In this document: piece after piece, positions 58,071-64,000 of the stretch
Layout of the letters: each line of letters opens with the position of its first letter
Numbering within the stretch: the stretch's first letter is position 1
Source of the DNA: the human T2T-CHM13v2.0 reference genome, Homo sapiens
NCBI RefSeq assembly: GCF_009914755.1
Contig: NC_060929.1
Length of the DNA stretch: 64,000 bases
Reading direction: 5' to 3' (one strand)
Program-made: the position numbers and the translations under genes
The notes under the pieces: generated by a model
What the model was told of the DNA's origin: nothing
The model's input: the letters and a program-made list of their open reading frames with translations, nothing else
Databases searched by the model: none

Positions 58071-59349
58071 AAAGATTAATTTAAAAAATGGGTGCATCAG
58101 CATGTTTCCATTTTCTTCCTCAGAATGGAAATTCTTGCTTAACAATATCTCTCTATTCATCTATATACCAATCAATGAATCATCCATCACTATTTATCAT
58201 ATAGCTACTTATATTTATCTATCTTTCCGTATATCCATCTGAATATCTATCATCTATCTTTTGTGGATAAGGAAAAGTCAAAATATTATTATTGACATGT
58301 AGGCATAAATAAGCAATGCTAATTAGAAGGTACATTCGGGAGAGTGGAATGTCAAACATATAGCCTCAAAGATAGCTAGAAATAAAAACGAGTTAAATCA
58401 ATACATTTGCGAGAAAAGGGAAGTTAATCTGACTTTACTAGGAAAGAGAGGAGACAAAGGAAACTGGTGGGACTATGAAATAGTTTGCTCTTGTTTGACA
58501 CAAAAATAAAGAAAGCCAAGGATATAAAATAATCTAACCAACTAGAGTTAAAAATTTAAAGCTTCTGTCAAAACTACCTCTAGGATAATGCTATTATAAT
58601 GAGAAAAACTGGCAACAAACAAAATAAAAAAAATATTTACAGGTAAAGGCATATGCCAGGTAAGGTCTAGAAAAGAGTTTAGGAGGAGATTGGGCTTTAG
58701 ACAATAAGTGAATTTATAAGATTATGGTTCATATAAAAATGTATAAAGTGTTTAACTTACACTTTCATGCTAAAGAAAGCCTCTGAGTTACACTGTGCTA
58801 TTTTTTCTTTTAATGGATAATAGCTGAACCAGTGTAGGTAGAGTATCATGTATGTGCATATCCACATTATCCCAACTGCCTCTACTCTTTGCATTACTAC
58901 TGGGAAAGAACCACAGACTGAGAAAATGACAACACTCATTGTCCCGGTGACTTCTGTAAATTCTGGTGGATTGAGACAACTCAGGCAGCCCATCCTTAAG
59001 TTTGCACATCCTAAAATTTCCATGATCTAAACAAAGGACTAGAACAGGGAGGCAACAGTGTCTATGAAGCAATCCATTTTAAATATTTCTACATGGACCA
59101 GAATTGAAGTATATCATTACAGATTGTACAGGATAATATATCAACACTTAATCAATGAATGAAACAATAATAATGGATCTCCACTACTATTGAAAGACAG
59201 ACGGTACCTACAGTGTTCATAGTTTAAAGTGCATTCAAGTTTACATTCAATAAAATAAAATACATAAGGTTAAAATTTTTGTTCTGATAGACTAAGAAAC
59301 TAATATACACTGCATACTTTATATATCCTTAAGTGAGCCAGAAAACTTA

Positions 59350-59605
59350 TGTGACTATGGAGGCCAAGCAAATGATGGAAATAAGTGAACCTATTAATTG
59401 GGAGTGGTAAGAAGTGGAGAAGCATGTCTCATTGATAGATGCAATGACTGCGAGTTTTAGACAACTGTGTTCAAGTAGAAATGTAACCTAAAGATGTTAA
59501 GATATCCTGATTTTTTTCAAAGTTTTTAATGTTAGATCTTTTTTAAAAATCCTTATCAGAACAATCAAAAGATATTCATGGGATGCCAGTTTGACACACT
59601 TGTCC
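59350..59605. mobile_element. MER102-like hAT-Charlie remnant
   Basis: gatatcctgattttttcaaag...caatcaaaagatattcatgggatgccagtttgacac. Weak resemblance. Confidence 0.35.
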
Positions 59606-59629
59606 AGAATTTTCAACTTTACAAAAGTA

Positions 59630-59820
59630 ATATAGGGCAATGGTTACAAACCCAAACTTTTAATACAGTCTGGTTCAAATTCCCTCTCTATTGCCTATTA
59701 ACTGAATGATCCTGGGAAGTTACTAAAATTTCCTGATCCTCAATTAACTCAATTGTGAAAAAAATATAATGCCTAACTTTTGGAATTGTTGTAAAAATTG
59801 CAACAATATATTTAAAGTTC
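59630..59820 (+). mobile_element. MIR
   Basis: ctggttcaaattccctctctattgcctattaactgaatgatcctgggaagttactaaaatttcctgatcctcaatt. Confidence 0.65.
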
Positions 59821-61129
59821 ATAATGGTGATGATGACTGTTAGAACAAAAGTAACTCCAAAATTCTTTATGTCTTTGATTCCTAGAGTCCTATCACAATC
59901 ACATTTTCACCATGTTAGGGTAAGGCTTTTAGTCTTTTCAAAAATAAATACTATTGAACATATATTCCATGAAAAAGATTATACAGTCTTTTCATATGCA
60001 TTTCACATGCATGCTTTGACCCTCATAATCTTATAAGCAAGGCACTATCATTATAGTGCCACTTAACATGTTAGAAAACCAAGACAAGGCTTAGAATAAA
60101 TCTTCTAACCTCAGCCTTAGAAATAAAGTGTCTACATATTTTAGTGTGTATCAAGGGTAAAGAAGAAGAAGACGGGTAAAGTTAGACAATTCATAAATGA
60201 AGAAAGGATAAAAGAGAAAGTGGTAGACAGTAGCTACCAGCATTAAGGAATTTCCTGAAATTGTTATAAAGCCTCCTGTTAAGCATAGTATTATGGACAC
60301 AGTACAAATGAACTAGTTGTTTTCAATATTCAAATTAAAAGGTTTAGCTTCCTTTTAAGGCAATTTAAAAAAAATTATAGTGGAAACTTAACTTTGGATC
60401 TATCATAAAACTCATGAGAATTTTTATCTATGAAGGAATCATTCTACAGCCAACTTATCCAGCAGAAATATTTGACAAACAAGGAAATACATACATGAAC
60501 TAAATCCACAGATCAAGGCATCCTTATGAAAGTGGAGGACAGCAAAGAAACTCAAGAAGATGCAATCAGATGGAATATACTGTAAAATTGTGCACACTAT
60601 TTGGTTGAACATAGTATGTTGGTGTATAGAGATCAGAGAGCTAAACTTGTGATGCTCTGAATTCCTTGAAGAATTCGGCAGGATTAGTTCTAGCTATGGG
60701 TATAAGTTAATTCACCAGAACAGTGAACAGACCTTGGAGGCAGTGACAGTCTCTGAAAAGATTTTGATAGATGCCTCAGCACTGGATGTGCAGTGCTGGT
60801 GGGTGCTCATATGCCTCAGAAACAGAAATGGACCAGAAATAGAGCTGCAAACAATACAGTCACATTCCTGAGAAGAATATTTATGAGGAGTGGAGAAAGA
60901 ACTATACCTTTAAAAAGCTGACAGGACAGGCTAAGAAAAATGTTTGTGTTTTTCCTGTAACTACTGGAAAAGGAGGACACAGCACACTGGATTTTCCTTG
61001 TAGAAGCTAATTCCTATTCCAAGCGCAAGCCCCACATTGATGGGACTGAGGGAAAACCAAGGGGACTTCTTGTCTTCTGTCTTATTTTTGGCCTGCTAGG
61101 ATACCTAAACCTGTATTAGTGTTATTATT

Positions 61130-61360
61130 AATATCTAATATTTAGCAAGAATTTTCAATGTGAAAAACACTGTTGTAAGGACATGATATCCTTCATTTCA
61201 AATTTTTACAGAAGCTCCATATGGTACACATGATTACCCTTAAGTTTAGGTGAGAAAATAGAGAGTCAGAAACATTGTGATCTACCCAGCACACCCAACC
61301 AACAAATAGGAGATCCTCAGAGGCAAATCCAGAGCCATCAGACTCCAAATCCCTGGTTAT
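61130..61360 (-). mobile_element. MIR
   Basis: tttaggtgagaaaatagagagtcagaaacattgtgatctacccagcacaccc...agagccatcagactccaaatccctgg. Confidence 0.55.
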
Positions 61361-64000
61361 TTTTATTCCCTTTTGCTGCACTTACAACTTTCTTAAAATT
61401 TCTTTCAAAACTGTGACATTACCAGAAATAGCTTGTGTTATAGAAACACCATTGGGCTGGAAGGTAGATGGATTATGCATATTCCTTTATTTAGCTGTGG
61501 AATGTTGCATCTTGATTTCTTACTCTTCAAAAAGGGAGACTTAAATAATTTCTCAATTTATCCCACCTCTGAATTTTATGATTCTAGTTCTCTTCTATAG
61601 TATACAGAGTGAGTAGATGGTAGGAGATACCAAGATATGGAAACAAGAAGATACATTAATTTTAAAAAAAGCCTTTTTTATAACTAAATATTAAAAAGGG
61701 AAGTACTATTCTAGGCATGGGAAAACATTACATCTTTAAGATTCCATAAGTTTCCTGTGCAGTAAGTATATTGGCCCCATATTATCAATAAGAAAGCTGA
61801 GTCACAGAGAAGTTAACTTTCCCCAAGGTCATACTAGATAAAGCTGGGACTCAAGGCTTGGTCTGTCTCATTCTAAACTCCATCATCTTCAATACCAAAT
61901 GATAACTTTCAGTGACTATGCTTAGAAAAAAACAAATCAGTGATGAAACTGTCTACCTGTTGTTTTATTCTGGCAAAAATACAAAATATGCGCTGATGAG
62001 CGTCCTTGATAATGGAAAAAAAGAATACATTGTTTTCAGAGCTTCAAGCACAAATCCAAATAAAGAGCAAACTCAGTATGTAATAATAATGCACAGCCCT
62101 TTCATCGATGATTTATAATTATTTTGATTTTGTTGATCCCATCTGGGGGGACCAGATAAGCAAAATGAAGACCAATCATTTGGAAATCAATAGTTTCGCA
62201 GCATGGTTAGTAAGTTGCTCTAAAATTAGTGCATAATCAACCAGAACACAATCAGTGTGATTGGTGAGGCAATGGCCAAAACTTGATTATGGCTTTTTTT
62301 TTTCTGTGGCAAAATAAATGGAGAGTCAGGTCATAAATTCAATGTTGAAGGCTTTTCATAGCATCTAGTTGGATCAACTGCTTATTACTAATTATTCCTA
62401 AATGATTACCTACCTTAGCTCTCTGCAATCTCAAATTGTTCTTCAATGGTATTTAATAAATCTGATGACAGAGAATGTGTTAACTCATGAAGCAGTTCCT
62501 TCTGTTTTTAGACAGATGATTCTGATGGATGTGGACACATCCTGGAATGGAACACAAAACTGTTTCTTTGCATCTACCTCTCACAAAGTCCATATGGAAT
62601 CATTGACCCTTTTTTCTTCTTCAGAAATGATGTGCAATTTTTAGTAATTTTAAAAATTATCCTTGGAGCTGATAATTTCATAGATAAAATAATCTAAGAA
62701 ATTGTAAAACATGCTGCTGTTTTATAACAGCACTTTACTCACTGCACTGTTCTGCATCCTCCCAGACTGTGAGACATTCAATGGCAGGGTCTATGTTTCA
62801 TTGATTGAAGTATCCCAGTGTTTAATAAAGTGCCTGCTATGTAATAAGCACAAATGTCTATTCCATTGAACTAAACTATACATTTTCAAAAATATCCATT
62901 TGAGTCCTGCTTTGTATAAAAAATGTCTGTTGGTAAATTTAATTTAACTCTAGTGCTATCGGTGTTTCACTTAAAGATATTTATATTATTTCTTTCATCT
63001 CCATTTGCTGTTTGTTGTTTCTTTCTTTTGAGGAATACTTTGGAATACATATTTATTTTGGAATATTTTGGCATATTTAGACTATTCTGGAAACCTCAGG
63101 TCATAAAGTTTTAGTTTCTTTTTATATGTCCTTTCTCTATATTTGTTCTTATTTATAGTCCCTTCTAAAATAAAAACTGTAGTTATGACTATCTTTTTCT
63201 GAAAAAGGAATTGCATTTACCCAAAAGTTTCCCTAAAGGGATTGTAATCATTGTCGTTGCTCTCCTAGAATCATTGTCTTTTCATCAAAAGCCTTCATAA
63301 AGTGATAAAATTACCATTAAAAATAACTGCATTAAAATGGAAAATAAAAATTCATACTCTCAAGGCAAGACAAGTAATGAGGAATTATCTATTTTGTTAA
63401 AGAATAATTTTATGTAATATAGATACAAAAAGAATTTTGATTGTAGTTTCTATTTTTTAAGGTAGATAATTAACTTTTTTAACCATATGATTTTTCTAAT
63501 CAGTTTGCATGGGAAACTGTGTTATGCAAGTCCATTTGGAGTAACTACAACTTGATCTCTTATTGATGATTCAGAACCATGGACATAAATTTCTTTTTAC
63601 CAATATTAAAGATTCTTATAAAAACCATGATAACATAATTTTTCTTTTAATTAGAACAGTTTTTACTCAATAAATTTTATTTTCATTTACTTATCAACCT
63701 TTTAGTCAATACCTACAATGTGTCTGCCACTCTTCTAGATCTTGAAGATACTGAAAGGAAGAAATTTATCCTGAAAATACCCACAGATTTGTGGAGAAAC
63801 AGCCATGGAAAGAAAAACATTACAACACAATATGACAGTCACCATAATATAGCTACTGTATTTATAAGATGGATGAGAGTATGAGGAAGATGCGCCTACC
63901 TTTGGACCAGAAAAGAAGGTCTTCATAGAAATAGGATTTGAGTTAAGAATGGAAATTAAGTAAACATAATAAATTATTTAGAGGTATAATAAAATGAAGT

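Overview
This window is AT-rich, CpG-depleted primate genomic DNA, probably hominoid given an L1PA2-type element and an AluY fragment. It looks intronic or intergenic and is dominated by transposable elements. No host protein-coding gene is recognisable; every recognisable protein-like ORF in the track is a LINE-1 ORF1/ORF2 remnant or an Alu-derived frame. It contains a cluster of mostly plus-strand L1s: L1PA5-like with a micro-inversion at 21.4 kb, L1PA3-like at 26-28.6 kb, a full-span L1MA1/2 at 30.4-38.9 kb carrying a nested AluS, L1PA2 and L1PA5, and a near full-length L1PA7 at 47.8-53.9 kb with a nested L1PA7 3' end. It also has 7 Alus, a THE1 solo LTR, MER5A, MER47A and ancient L2/MIR/MLT1/LTR33 pieces. 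Most noteworthy are (i) a ~347-bp tandem duplication carrying a well-formed 23-nt microexon candidate in each copy, followed by a 41-nt exon candidate; (ii) a minus-strand 12-nt microexon candidate; (iii) two L1s of different subfamilies 6.58 kb apart sharing a nonsense codon and other rare variants, suggesting patchy gene conversion or an assembly artefact; and (iv) several templated fold-back insertion scars. Subfamily names come from recalled diagnostic motifs, not from a search. I found no convincing new biological system.
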